Source of the DNA: Saccostrea cucullata
Lineage: Eukaryota
Direction: 5' to 3'
Assembly: GCF_032062105.1 (NCBI RefSeq)
Contig: NW_026940735.1
Location: 124,001 to 188,000, forward strand
Length of the DNA stretch: 64,000 nt
In this document: piece by piece, positions 46,795 to 60,582 of the stretch
Layout of the letters: the number at the start of each line of letters is the position of its first letter
How positions within the stretch are numbered: the stretch's first letter is position 1
Notes under the pieces: generated by a model
Databases searched by the model: none
Told to the model about the DNA's origin: nothing
What the model saw: only the letters and a program-made list of their open reading frames with translations
Made by a program: the position numbers and the translations under genes

Positions 46795-49700
46795 GCTTTG
46801 ACCATTCTGTTCTTTACCAGATTTCCCCCTTGTAATACATATTATGACCCCACCCTACCCCACTGATCATAATTTAGACAATTTGAAATCTACACTACCC
46901 CCAGGATGCTTCCACATAAGTTTCAGCTTTCCTGGCCCAGTGGTTCTTGAGGAGAAGATTTTTTAATGACCCCACCCTATTTTCATATTTTCTTGATTAT
47001 CTCTTGGCCCTTCATTTTAACAATTTAAATTCCCCTTCACCCAAGAATGCTTTGTACCAAATTTGGTCAAAATTGGCCCAGTGGTTCTTGAGAAGAGGTC
47101 GAAAATGTGAAAAGTTTACAGACGGACGGACAGCTAGACGGACGGACAGACAGACAGATGGACGATGGACAAAATGTGATCAGAAAAGCGAAGGCTCAAG
47201 TGAGCTAAAAATCATCATTCTGTAACTTATGGTGAAGCGTTGTAAAGAGTAGTCAATATAGTATGTTACAATGCCTTACATCCAGTCTCTGTTGATGAGC
47301 CTGTGTCTGTTGTTCCTGGTGCTTCAATCTTTGATGTAGGGTTTTAAACCCAATCATAGGAACTGGAATCAAATTTTCTGGATCTGGGTTGTCTAGCTTG
47401 GCCTGTTCCCACAGAAATGGATGGATTCCTATCAGTCAAAATAGATTTATAAGAAAATATGTCTATTCTGGATGTTGTACACTGTCCCACTTAGTAAATT
47501 AACACTTAAAGTTTCAAATATTTCAGAGAATGTTTTTAACATATTCTCTGATCAAACTAGAAAACTGACCAGTCAGCAAGGGCCCCGCCATGGGGTAGAA
47601 TTAAAAGGGTGCAGCTTACAGAATGATTAAAAAATGTACGAAGAATAAGCAACAGCAACTGTATTCTTAAAATTTCAAGATAATTCCTGAATATTCAAAA
47701 ATCTGAAAATAATATCCTTGTATTTACATTAGGCAGCAAAGAACAACTTAACATTGAATGTATTAAACAATTATGAAGCATGTGTTATATAGAATGCCAG
47801 CCTTCAATGAATGAAAATATCATGAAGGCTTGACCTTAACTTCAATAAACAGCAGTTGCAGACAAAGGTTTTCATTAATCTTAAAGATAAAGAAAAGCCT
47901 ACTAAAGTTTCTGCAGCAGGCTAGATAATTGATCCCAAAGGATTAATTGTACCTCTCTCATCATTTTCTTCTAAAGTTACAATAAGAAATTTTTCAGTAT
48001 TAATGATAGAATGGGGCTTTTATAAAACTACCTTAAAAATTAATTAACGTAAAGTGAAAAAAGTAAATCAAAAAATCTTCTTTAATCTATTTCTTGTTTT
48101 TAGAATTCAATGAAATTATAACTATTAAACAAAAATAAATTATAAAAATTTATATCTAAATCCACATTTCACAGTGTTCATAGCATTCCAAATTGACTTA
48201 ACTTCAAAACAAACTTCATTTGCAGACAGAGGTGGTAATTTAATTCATCTCAATGTGACAGATAAAGATAATGCTCTGGATTTTCTTCAGGAGGAAAGCT
48301 AATTAATCCCTACGGACTCATAGCCAGCATTCATTTTACAATGGGAACATCTTCAGCAGTTATCTCTCTTTGCCAATGCATTCTAAAGTTAAGGAATCTA
48401 CCCCACCACCCCAGCTCCAAACCAGGGGACGCAGAGAACCAAACTTAGCATCAAAATATGTATTTCTGCCTACTGAACTACCATACCAAATTTGTACTTG
48501 ATTGAGCAACCATAAAAAAAAGTTGCCCATTCATTCTTATGCATAGTTAAGGAATCTACCCCACCACCCTAGCTCCAAACCAGAAGACATTGAGAACCAA
48601 ACTTGGCATCAAAATATGTATTTCTGCCTATTGAACTACCAGACCAAATTTGAACTTGATCGGGCAACCATAAAAAAAGTTATTAGAAAAAAACAGAAAA
48701 TTTGTGGACGGAAGAGGGACAGACGGACAGACGGACAGACAGAGTGATTACTATAGGGCACCCGCAAATCCTTGCGGGGCCCTAAATATCATCTCAACAA
48801 AAATCATTTAACTACTGATGGTTAGCATGACAAGATCCCTTCTATAGAAGAAATATTTCAAATATTAAGTAGAGATTTATTAATATAATCAATTCTAAAT
48901 GTTCAGTATTCAAGAAATTTGATTTAAAGTTTAAAGAGTACATGCAGCTTTTCAGTGATAGCTTTTCCAAAATCAGTATTAAATTCCTATTCACAATGTA
49001 CATACCTGCGGGAGGAGTGTCCAGGTATTCCTTCAGGGCCTGCTCCGTGAACCCCATCTTTGGTACGACGTTCTCCACCACCAGTTTACTCTTGAGCTGG
49101 GTGACCTGATTATTGAGGAAGCTACAGGTCTCATTGGCCGGAATTCTCCTGGCTGGACCCGTGGCGGGCCTCTCCAGAATATAAATAGCAAACTCCGTCC
49201 TGGAAGTAAAATATAACAATCAAGGATTTTTTTCATCTTGTAATTTAGCTATTTTATATCTCTTACATGAAAAATGTTTTCAAATAATAGTGGACCCTGG
49301 GAATAAAAGATGGTTTGGGTTATTAATTTTTATCTCGCTGTAACTAATTTTCATTGCATCCGATGTCTGCATTTCACAAGCTGAGGGTTGATCAGTGTTT
49401 CAGTAAGGTCTTACATGTATCATTGAATATGTTCCCATGTGAAATAATGTTTATTTATCATTACGTAAAAGAGATGTTAGTAAAAGCATTATATTTGAAA
49501 AATGAAAATGGTATTAAATTATTTCTTTCAATAGAGAAATTTAACACATTTAAATCTTTACCTTCAAGAAAACAAAATATGCTTTAAAACTCTATTCAGA
49601 AAAGATAACTGAGTAAAACAATGAATTTTTTTCTGAAAATACATGTATCCTCATATATTAGCCTTGCTTACATGTTGTCCGGGAGTTTCTTAATGCCCTC

Positions 49701-52700
49701 CACACAAACAGAGAGCTGTGGTTTACTGCCGAAGATTCCAAACAGCGTGTCCACGATCTGCTGCTGGTTTGCCCTCACCTCAGCTTCAGGCTTCCTTATA
49801 AACAAAGACACCAGTCCATCCTCATTCTTTGTTTTAGGCAAACGATTGTATCCCACAGCCTTAAAAACAAAAAAATATTGTCAACAAAAGTAAAATCCAA
49901 TTTCATATGCAATTAAATGGCCTGAAACAAATTCACATTACTGGCAACACTTGAGTTGATACTTGGTATTGCAACTACGGTACTTATTGTGGAAATCTTT
50001 AATGGAGGAAGAAGAAATGTCCGTTAGCTGGGAACAATGTGCTGTTGAGTACACTATGAAAATCACAGTAGAATTCTTAAATTTATATAAAAAGAAGTGT
50101 TGCTGAAATATCTTGCCAAACAATTGTTGAATAACATCAGTGAATAACACTAACAAAACCATGGAGGAACTAGTCACTAGTACATTTTCATTGACAAGCC
50201 CTGCTAAGCCATGTCTTCTAATTAAATGCAACCATTTTTTTCTGGTAATCAAAACTTAAAACTCAGTAATATTTTACATTTTAATTACCAGTAATTTCTT
50301 TATTCTGGATTACATCACATTATGGTCATTGTTCTAGTTCAGACACAGACAGGGATATAGAGAAGTGTGACAAAAAACTGACATATATCCATATAAAATA
50401 ATGCATTTTATGTACATAGATAGACATCCCTAATGTATATGAAGACAGAGAGACATGACAATACCTGTATATTCTCAAACTCAGTTTCTAAGGTACTGTG
50501 ATCAACAGATAAAATACTGTAAGTACATTTAACCCCTACTCTAGTTTCCTCTTTGTGTCTTCTTAATATATGTGATTAGCCTTACTTTGAATCTGCAATA
50601 GGGGTTATCCGGGGTGAATTCCACACTTCCTTGTTGACTGTATACCCCCTTTCCTGTGCCCCAGGCTGCCTGTAGCTGGTTCCATTTAGCTATAATGGCA
50701 TCCCTTTCATCTCCGTAAATCTGTGGCAGAGTTACTGCTGTTGCAATATTTTCCAAGTTTGAAGTTGGCTGCTGTTGTACTTGAAGGGGATTTGTCTGCT
50801 GTGCTGCAAGTGTTTAATTGGAAATAAAAATAATGATTTCGACAATTCCAACAGAATCAAGATATAAAACAATATCACAAAATAATATATAAACCATATA
50901 TATACCCCTTACCCAATCTTTTCAGCTAGTATCTATTTTTTATTTCCAGCCTACATGATTGTGTGCATATGAACAATTGTTTTACAACTGCTGTGTGGAC
51001 ATTTCATTTTTGTTTCATTCTAAGGCAATAATTTTCATGAGCATTTCATGCTTTTAAACTGTATAATATGTACATAATTTTGGCAATCTTTGATCCTTTT
51101 ATAGGAGCAGACAAAAATATCTTCAAGGTTGATCACTGATACATCAAACAAGAGAATTATTCATAATGACAGACAATAAATGGGTACATCCCAATAATTA
51201 TTTTTAGAATCGGCAAGTGAAGAAAGTAGATATAGTGCAGAAAAAATTACAAGTTCCTTAATTTGCAGACTTGCATAAAAAAAATTGTGCAGATGTACTG
51301 AACTGAGCCTCACACTTGTTGATAAGGAGTATCTTTCCTACCAAAAAAGCTTGGCAAATGTAATTAATCAAGAAGATCAGCCGAATTATTTTGTGTATTA
51401 TAACGCCAGGGAGAACTCTGAAATTCCCCTACTTTCACTTTCATTTTTAGGGGTTCCCGCAGACAGATGCATTTTGCCAGAAAACGAATCTGACATGCCA
51501 CCTCGAGATTTTAACCAAGGTAAGACAAGTTGATGTGCTTTGATTTGAGGGGTCACTCACTTCTGAACAAAAATTCGGGACATTGCTATGAGAAGAAACG
51601 TTAACATTGTCGCCTATGGGAAAACAATTAGTGGACTGTATCCAAATATAGGAAGTATGATAAATCAAACAAATGCGACCTCTGATACTGATCAAAGAAA
51701 AATCCACACTATATTTACTTAATCACAAATCAATTCAAATATTTTATGATTAGAGTTTAAGAATTTAAAACATGATAATTTTCTGTTTTAAAAAGTTACA
51801 TGACCTACTTCCAAGTCCAAATCCAAATGAACTTTGACCTGTAGTAGTGGTGCCTGTTCCCCCAAGTCCTCCTCCAAAACTCTGAACATAAAAAAAAATA
51901 TAATTATCATAACATTTAGGTTTACAAGAAATCATTTGTAATGGAAACAGGCCTTTTAAAAAATAATTTCACAAAAGTTGTATTAAAAAAAAATCAGCAA
52001 AGACATGAGCAAATCAAGCGATATTTTTTTTGAATTAGACAATCACATACAGGAAATCCTGTGGCTCCTCCAAAAGCAGATGTGCCTGTGCTTGTGCCCG
52101 CGCCTCCAAATGAGAAACCTGTAGATGCAGTTGATGCCGGTGCTCCACCAAAAGAGAATCCTGTAGATGCACTGGTAGCAGGGGTACCACCAAAGGAGAA
52201 TCCGGTCGTTGATGTAGCAGCAGGAGTACCGAAAGAAAAACCAGTGGCTGCTGTTGTTTTCGCTTGTGTACCAAACCCTCCTGTCGGGTAACAACAAACA
52301 AGTTGCATTTTAGTTTATAACAAAATTTTTTTTTCAAAAATGGAAAAAATCTATATTATCTTTTGTGTATTATTGTTATAGTTGTCATATTGTTTTAATA
52401 AGCTGGAATTTATTTATTATACAGGTAACTCTCAGTCTTCCCCAAATTTTTTTTTAAGTACATGCCCTTCGGTCACCTGTAACCACTAATTTCACTAGCC
52501 TGAACAAATATTTACATGCCCAGAATTTTATCAAGTAATTTTATTCTTATTTGCTTTTTCACGCCAAGGAAATGATTCGAAATCTATTTCTATCAATCCA
52601 TTGTCTCGCCCTTAATATTGTTTTCAATCTGTACATTTTTTATGGCTCCTTTGCAAAAGTTCCTTGGAAAACATGGTAGAATGAACTGTCGCTAAAATTT

Positions 52701-55345
52701 TCTCTAGATGAAAAATCAAAGACTTTTAAGTAGGGATGTCAAATCGGACAATTTTTAATACTCGGTTACTCGGACGTTTTTCCGATCGAGTACCCGGGTA
52801 CTCGGTAAAAGTGTAAATAAATATGAAGAAGTAAATTGATGAATGTAAATATTGTAAACTCTTGTAGTAATAAAGCCACATGCATCTGATAGGAGGTTTA
52901 CCCGTAAATGTATTTCTGGTGTAACAATGATGAGCACTTCGTGCCCGACGAAATTTAATACAACATTTTTTAAGTTCAATATTATATTTATCAGATAAAC
53001 ACAAGAAATAAAATCGTAAGTGGTTCACAGTGTTTGTGTTTTAAAAAAATAATCTACTCCGTAATTGTAATGTAACTCTTTGTTGCGTTTGACGTCCAGG
53101 TATCAGTCGTACTGTTTGACTTGAACTTGACTAAGTTCTCCTAACAGAGCGGATTTACGATTTTCGTATACTTTTCTATCCTAGATTTTATAATATTGTG
53201 GGACGGTATTTTGTAGTTTGGTGCATCGATGGACATCAGTTTTTTAAAAGCCTTTGCCTTCAACCATTTGTACATGTATTGGCATGTAATCAAACACAAG
53301 TATATCAACAATCGCGCGTGTAATATCATCTGTTTCTTTTCCCGAGAATTCACGGCTTCTCGGAGAATTGATAAAATTATCCAATTTATTTAATCATAAC
53401 AGACTTTAAACGATGTTCCGTGAAAACAAATAAATAAAGCAAATCAAAAAATAAGGGTAGAAGACAGCCGAAGGTGAGAAAAGCGAGGTAACAGGTGCTT
53501 GGTCACGATAATTACTGTATAAACACTGCCACAGGCGATAACGGTCATTTAGAGGAGTAGGAAACCCTAATTATATGTACAAGTGCAATGAGTATTACGT
53601 TTTAAAACAGATTGTTTAATGCATTAATAAATAAGCTTAGAAATATTAAAAACCATAGATCCGAGTAACCGAGTACCGATTTTAGTATTCGATACTCGGA
53701 CGTTCGATCGAGTACCCGGTTAACCGGGTACTCGTTGACATCCCTACTTTTAAGTATATTTAATGTTATTGGTATTCTTTAATTTGATAATACGATGCTT
53801 AGGCCACAGAATTTACATGCCGTTTGGGCTTGTAAGTGTGCAATTTCCACATGCCCGCGCGCTTCCAATTTTACCAGGTCCCGGGCTTCCCAGGATTTGG
53901 TGAAGACTGAACTCTCGATACCTCGAAGTGCGCGGGACCGAGGAAAAACTTCAAGAGATCAAGAGTTCGAGTTTTCAAGAGTCTGGATTTTCGGGGTTTG
54001 TTTGACAGGTTTTAAAATTAGTCTTATTGGATGTAATGATTTTCATGCAGTCCTAACATTTTACACATGGTTTTTGTAAACTAACGATATGTTTTCATAT
54101 TTTAGATGAATATTTATTAAACCGAGTAAAGCAAAGAATATACATCGTCAGTTCATGTATATTTATTTATTCTTTATCATGCCGACATTATACAACGCAT
54201 TCGTTATATGAAAACGACATTTTACCAGTGTCGCGTGGTACATAGCATTGTGACTTTTCCAAACATGTGCACTGAACGAAATTTTGTACGTATTTGTCCA
54301 ACAAAAGTCGTCATATTGACAGTGAGGCCGTTTCTGAATTTTCATATTTCATTAAACTTTGACACCGATTCGAAATAAAAATTAAATTTATTAAGTGTTT
54401 CGTCTTGTAATCTGAACTTACAATTCTCAGTGACACTACATTTCTAAATTCTCGTGATAAAGTTGATGATAATTATTTTAATAGCATATAGACAACATAA
54501 GATTAATTATAAATCAATTATCACTTTCAATGTCCTTGCAGTGTAAGTGTCACCTGAATAAACACCCCGTTTCACGAGACCCGCATCTTCTGTCTAGGGC
54601 CATTAAATGTCCAGGTAGAGTTGCTAATTATGTAACTTGTATACACATAGCCATTTCGAGGTATCGAGGGTAAATTTCAATAGAATATGCACAGCGGGAC
54701 TCCATTCTGACTTCAAGGGATCAAGGGTTTCGGGAGATCAAGATTCAAGAGTTCAAGAAATCAAGAGTAAATTTGCTTAGTTATAATGGGGGAAAAATTT
54801 CGGGACCGCAGACTCACTTCGAGAGATCAAGAACTTCGAGAGATCGAAGTTCAAGCCATCAAGAATTACATGTACATGTTATATGCAATGTATTCTCACT
54901 GTCAAATTAACTAACTTATTGCAGGCTTTCCCTAATATATTAGTCCATTTACATATTCTTTTAAAATTATATGAACATGCATGCATGTTTAAAACTGCAT
55001 ATGTTATTACTGCAACAAGGCAAATGTACTTTTCATAAAATGCATGCAACTATTTATAGCAAGGGGAAATTCCATAAGCGAGTAAACAAATACATATCTG
55101 TCTCGCATACGACAATATCTAATAAAATCCAATTGGTTAAACAATTAGAATTTGCGTATTTAGAAAAAAAAACTGACAAGTTGTATGAGTATGGCGCATA
55201 AAATTTTTGTACGCACAATACACAAAAATTACTAAGAGTCCATACCTGACGGCTGAGTTGACCCCCCGAACCCAAAAGATGGTGCTGATGACGTAGTACT
55301 TGTTGCACCAAACGGCGTTGTCCCACCTCCTAGGCTAAATGCCAT
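43567..55345 (-). CDS. NUP54: Nucleoporin p54
   Basis: 11 phase-consistent exons: 55345-55246, 52280-52051, 51881-51809, 50803-50586, 49859-49672, 49199-49006, 47428-47280, 46243-46136, 44803-44684, 44290-44180, 43683-43567. FG-repeat N-terminus; motifs YGDERDAIIAKWNQLQAAWGTGKG, NPYCRFKAVGY, WEQAKLDNPDP..IPVPMIGFK, FKGRLNELMSQIRMQ. Confidence 0.97.
44375..44650 (+). mobile_element. Short HINE-type element in a NUP54 intron
   Basis: AACAAGAGATGTTTG start, GACA repeats, GCAATATGCCC...GGGGGATAA end. Confidence 0.7.
45007..45465. mobile_element. hAT-type MITE with a 5-bp TSD
   Basis: TIR CAGGGTTCGAAATTAA; CAAAT direct repeat on both sides; CTAGTCCG subterminal motifs. Confidence 0.85.
45720..46146 (-). 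repeat. ~30-bp intronic tandem repeat overlapping the NUP54 exon 8 donor
   Basis: + strand consensus TTTATTTTACCTGTAATAATCACCTGTAAC, about 14 diverged units; the last unit straddles the junction at 46135/46136. Confidence 0.85.
46758..47211 (+). mobile_element. HINE-type element, same family as 38302
   Basis: AACAAGAGGCCCATGGGCCACATCGCTCACCTGAG start, about one satellite unit, GACG/GACA repeats, GTGAGCTAAAAA end. Confidence 0.85.
47555..48785 (+). mobile_element. HINE-type element with ~160-bp internal repeats
   Basis: AACTAGA start; duplicated GTTAAGGAATCTACCCCACC units; GACG repeats; 3' hairpin CCCGCAA..TTGCGGG then CCCTAA. Confidence 0.75.
52433..53909. mobile_element. TIR element with a 6-bp TSD (hAT6/hATx-like)
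   Basis: TIR CAGTCTTCMCCAAAT; AACTCT at 52427-52432 and 53910-53915. Confidence 0.75.
52731..53746. mobile_element. hAT deletion derivative with an 8-bp TSD
   Basis: TIR TAGGGATGTCAA; TSD CTTTTAAG; minus-strand transposase remnant AFKKLMSIDAPNYKIPS (~53190-53260). Confidence 0.9.
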
Positions 55346-55693
55346 CTTATATTGACGCGTTACCCTCTCTGTATAAGTTTTTTCATGGTTTATTCTTTAA
55401 CAGTGTCACAGTCAACCACGATCTTTCCCGCTCGTCTCTTTTTGTCTTCTTCGTTGGAGAGTCAATCGAAGGGGCATAATTTAATACCCACATGTTCGGT
55501 GGTTCATATTTTGTTGTCCCCCGCTTTCGCAAAGGGCTCAGAGCGAGGGGACATTTTAAATCTCTTTCGTCGGTCAATCTGTCTGTTTATCAGTCGGTCC
55601 GTCTGTCACATACATAAAAATAAATCCCAGCCAGGTCATACTTAAAAAGCCCCCCTTCCCCTATAGGCGCTTGGTTTCAGGATGGTGTATTTT

Positions 55694-55925
55694 GTGTATT
55701 TTGTGTTTTTGGTGTGTCTGAATACCCTCATTAAAATAAAAATAACAATTCGATGAAATTACCTCGTTTTAAAAAATGACATATTAAAAGAGTACTCTTT
55801 TTACATACAGAAAATATTTCATTTTTTTAAAAAAAGTGCTAATTTCAGCGAATTTTTATTTTTACTTTAATGAGGGTATTCAGACACACCTAGAAAAAAA
55901 CATAATTAATGCACAAAATACACCC
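55694..55925. repeat. Foldback inverted repeat upstream of NUP54
   Basis: GGTGTGTCTGAATACCCTCATTAAA mirrored by TTTAATGAGGGTATTCAGACACACC; arms about 70-90 bp. Confidence 0.85.
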
Positions 55926-55963
55926 GGGCATTGAATTTCCTTCCTTGCATAGGATAAACTGTT

Positions 55964-56002
<39 letters not shown>

Positions 56003-57181
56003 ATTAGAGAGTTAATGTCTTTTATCATGATTTTTCTTAAGTATCTATAGTTTAAATACATACCGGTACAACAACAAATGTTATACCCCAGATCCTATAA
56101 AAGCCCCCCCCAAAAAAATGTTTACAGACTTTATATAAACCTTTGATCTCTCTTCCGTCAAGAAATCTATTGAGTTACTTAATTGCTACAAAGAAATGGG
56201 ATTTAATGTTTTAATTGTAATCAAGGAGAAATACTCTTTCCTCTTCACGGTTGATTCCTTTCCCGCCTTCACCTTTTAAAAATTCCAGAACCCACCAATG
56301 TTTTGTAATTATTGTAATATCCTTTCCATCATAATTATTTAACTAAGCATGTGTATTAAAGATAAAAAGATAAAAGAACACATAATATCATCTTTTACCA
56401 GTAGCAGTAAGCAGTGGACAGAAAGCGGTTAGCGCTGTCGAATATGGAATTCTATACAAATCCACTTGCCCAAAGGGTGCTTTTGTCATGTTTGGTTTAT
56501 AAACCAAAGTAAAGATTTTTTAAAATTATTTTTGAATAAGTTCAATTTTATTGAGACAGCAACAACGAAGACGACAAAAAAAAAAAGAAAGAAAGAAAGA
56601 AAGAAAATAATCTGATATCGATATTTATTATTTCGGAAATTTTATCAATAAAACAATAGAAGACAAGGAAACTTTAGTAAATGGACGTAGATATTATTAT
56701 AATTCTTTTATAAATTTAAAAAGGTTATTAATCCATTCTTTCTGTTTACGGAATAGACTGATGTTCATGGCAAGCTAAAAGTTAATTCCGAAAGCTGATA
56801 AGTCATTTTGATCTGAAGTGACCTTCCTCACTTGACTAACCAGAAAAGAAAACCCCAAAATAATTTTGAAAAAGTAAATTTGGTCAGAAAATGATCCTCT
56901 GTTTTGTCTATAAGGTCCTGGAAAATAACAATTCAAATATATGGTCGAAGGAGAAAAAAATAATTTAGAAGTGTAATATACGGCAATTACTATTAACTGA
57001 TAAAAGAGCTCGGACGTCCCTTGTATTCTCAAATAAAAAATGAACAAATAAATTCATGGAATAATTAAATCAGTAAGAGATGCATGAAGATAGATAAATA
57101 GTAAGTCATTGTTATTTTAAAGGCGGTTCTGTACATTGTTCACTTCCACGTTGCTCACTGCATTGTGTATCTGTCTCTTTC

Positions 57182-57752
57182 TTAGTTTTTCAGTTTGCCC
57201 CGCTCTATCAGTTTTCTTCTTCTTTCCGCCAATTTGTTTTCTTTCAGCAGACCTTCTTCCCGAAGAGCTCTGTGAGTTTTTTCTGCAATGGAATAATGTC
57301 TATACGTTTAATATCGGCCATAGTGAATTTCATAATCAAAAGTAATTAGGGAGTCTATATAGGCACACACATTTTTTACCTTTCCATTCTTGGTAGGCGG
57401 CCTCGTTATCAATTGGAAGAATCAAGATTCTCGTGATGTTACCATTGATTGGTGGTAGTTTGGGAACACTCGACACGTAGGTGGGCTGCGTCATCTCACT
57501 CTCTTGAGAAACATCTGATCTAGAGTTATCTGGACTGTGTGGTCTACAATCAGATGGACTAGAGCTATTGGTGGTATCACAATAGACTTGATTCGGTGTC
57601 ACAGAAAACATGGCATCCAAGAGGGTCGGAGTGTAAACCTCCTCTTTCACATCTTCGGAGTTCACCTTCTCTATCTGTTTGTATGCTGCTTCCTCCTCGT
57701 CTGAGATGATGCCTACTTTATTTTTTCTCATACAACTATGAAATAAACCCAT
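57182..57752 (-). CDS. Small putatively N-myristoylated protein, copy A (~157 aa)
   Basis: Exons 57752-57380 and 57282-57182. Starts MGLFHSC, contains KLPPI, ends LREEGLLKENKLAERRRKLIERGKLKN. ORF conserved in the paralog. Confidence 0.75.
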
Positions 57753-58084
57753 TTTTGTTGCGCACTGCCTGGCGACCAAACTGCGCTATCCACGATAATC
57801 AAGGCTATTATGACGCCAAGGGCATTACGACGCAAAAAGCATTATGACGTCAAATAGTTGTGACGTTCGTAATGAAGAGATTTTTTACTTCAAGTGCAAG
57901 CACGTGGTGCATAGTCTCGTTCAATCAGACGCTCGGATGACACTCTCCGACCAGCAGAGTTATTTAAGTCTCTATATAATATTCATAGGCGTGGGATCGG
58001 GGAGTGGGGTGGGTGGGGTAGCCCCCTCCCCATTGGGGGGGGCAGAGATAGACCTACTATAGGATTGAAAATTTGGGTTTATCT

Positions 58085-58905
58085 TTTTAGCTCACATGAG
58101 CCTTTGTGACCTTTTCTGATCAAAAGTTTCCATTGTCGTGGTCATAAACTTTTCACATTTTCATCTTCTTCTCAGACGACGCAGTGGTTAGAGCGTCTGC
58201 TCTAAGAGTCGCGAAGTAAGGAGTCAATCCTTACGTCGTGGGTTCGAATCCCAGTGTGGTCCTTCGAATGAGACCGTATAAACCGAGGTCCTGTGTCGCA
58301 GTAGGTGCTGGCACGAAAAAGATCCCTCCCTGCTTAAAGGACCTTATTGCCGAGTATAGGACAACATTTGCAGCTCTCCATCGGCAAATGGTGGCGTCTT
58401 CATATGAGTGAAAAATTCTCGGGAGGAACATTAAACAATATATACAATCAATCATTTTCTTCTCATGCAAGAACCTCTGGGCCAATTATTCAACCAAACT
58501 TACCACAAAGTATATCCTTAGGTGAAGGGAATTCAAGTATCAAATAAAGGGTCACACCTTCTTCTAAGGGGAGGTAAATAATGGCTTCTTTCAAAAATCT
58601 TTTCAAGAACCACTGGACTAGGAAAGATGAAACTCATATAAAATCATCGTTAGGTAGTGTAGATTCAATTTTGTTTAAATCACGACCCCAGGAGTGTAGG
58701 ATGGGACCACAATGGATGATCAAATTTTTACATAGGAAAATATAGGGAAAATCTTCAAAATTTTTTACCAAGAACAGAAAATCCATGATTGGTCATATTT
58801 ATATGGAAGCATCCTAAGGTGGGTGTAAATTCAATTTTGTTCAAATTCTGACCCCTGTGGTTAGGGTAGGGTCACAATAGACGATCAAAGTTTTACATAG
58901 TAATA
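58085..58905 (-). mobile_element. 5'-truncated HINE with 166-bp-type satellite units
   Basis: Reverse complement of the 38302 family (TTTTTAGCTCAC end). Confidence 0.8.
58175..58454 (+). mobile_element. tRNA-derived SINE with a Deu/Nin-like core and bivalve-type tail
   Basis: A box GCAGTGGTTAGAGCG; B box GGTTCGAATCC; core TTCGAATGAGACCGTATAAACCGAGGTCC; CAAT-repeat tail; TSD-like TTCTTCTCA flanks. Confidence 0.85.
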
Positions 58906-59563
58906 TACAGAAAAAAAGATAACAAAACACACAATATCAGGGTTATTTTTATTTTTATTTTGAAGAAGTTCAATTTTATTAATAAGATAACAACAACGAA
59001 GATGACAGACAAAAAAGAAGATAATCTGAAAATGATGTTTATTATTTCGGAAGTTTTATAAATAAAACAGTAAAGTACAAGGAAACTTTACTAAATGGAT
59101 GTAGATGTTATACTAAATGTAAGGGTATTGTAATCCATTCCTTCTGTTTACATGATAGACTGATGTTCCTGGCAGGCCAAAGTTCCGAAAGCTGGGAAGT
59201 CATTTTGATCTGACAAATCGTCAAAGTGACCTTCCTCACTTACCAGAAAAGAAAACCCAAAAATAATTTTGAAAAAGTAAATTTGGTCAGAAAATGATCC
59301 TCTGTTTTGTCTATAAGGTCCACATCCTGGAAAATTCCAATACAAATATGTGGTCGAAGGACAAAAAAATAATTTAGAAGTGTAATACGGCAATTACTAT
59401 TAACTGATAAAAGAGCTCAGACGTCCCTTGTATTCTCAAATAAAAAATGAACAAATAAATTCATGGAAAGACGAATAAATAGTAAGTCATTGTTATTTTA
59501 AAGACGGTGTCTGTACACTGTTCATTTCCATGTTGTTCATTGCACTGTGTGTCTGTCTCTTTC

Positions 59564-60125
59564 TTAGTTTTTCAGTTTACCCCGCTCCACCAGTTTTCTT
59601 CTTCTTTCCGCCAATTTGCCTTCTTTCAACAGACCTTCCTCCCGAAGAGCTTTGTGAGTTTTTTCTGCATTTTAAAAATGTCTATATGTTTAATATCGGC
59701 CATAGTGAATTTCATAATCAAAAGTAATTAGGGAGTCTATATAGGCATACACATTTTTTACCTTTCCATTCTTGGTAGGCGGCCTCGTTATCAATTGGAA
59801 GAATCAAGATTCTCGTGATGTTCCCATTGATTGGAGGTAGTTTGGGAACACTCGACTGGTAGGTGGGCTGCATCATCTCACTCTCTTGAGAAACATCTGA
59901 TCTAGTGTTATCTGGTGTACAATCATATGGACTAGAACTATTGGTGGTATCACAACAGACCTGATTCGATGTCACACAAAACATGGCATCCAAGAGGGTC
60001 GGAGTGTAAACCTCCTCTTTCACATCTTCGGTGTTCACCTTCTCTATCTGTTTGTATGCTGCTTCCTCATCATCTGAGATGATGCCTACTTTATTTTTTC
60101 TCATACAACTATGAAATAAACCCAT
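59564..60125 (-). CDS. Small putatively N-myristoylated protein, copy B (~154 aa)
   Basis: Exons 60125-59762 and 59664-59564; in-frame net 9-nt deletion relative to copy A. Confidence 0.75.
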
Positions 60126-60582
60126 TTTTGTTGTGCACTGCCTGGCGACCAAACTGCGCTATCCACGATAATCAAGGCTATTATGACGCCAAAGGCATTA
60201 TGACGTCAAATAGCCGTGACGTTAGTATAATGAAGAGATTTTTTACTTCAAGTGGAAGCGCGTGGTGCATAGTCTCGTTCAACCAGACGCTCGGATGTTT
60301 CCGTAAATTTTATTTAGTTATTTAGGTCTCTATATAAAATTCAAAGGCGTCGGAACCGGGGGGGGGGGGGGGACTAGCCCCTCCCCATTTTTTTTTTGGG
60401 GGGGGGGGCAGAGATAGACATAACAGGCATTTAAAATTGGGGTTTACCTTTTTAGCTTACCGGAGCCAAAGGCTCTTGAAAGTGAGCTTTTCTGATCATC
60501 TTCTTCTCAAGAACCTATAGGCCAATTATTCAACCCAACTTGCCACAAAGAATCCTTAGGTGAAGGGGATTCAACTTTATTT

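Larger units (their letters stand above)
52422..54872. mobile_element. TA-flanked MITE, outermost element of a nest
   Basis: The left end TA-CAGGTAACTCT resumes as CGATACCTCGAA at 53916 and matches the right end TCAAGAATTACATG-TA; TTCGAGAGATC subterminal repeats. Confidence 0.7.

Noticed and set aside
52061-52291. Pro/Val-rich plus-strand ORF
   Set aside because: Antisense of the NUP54 FG-repeat exon.
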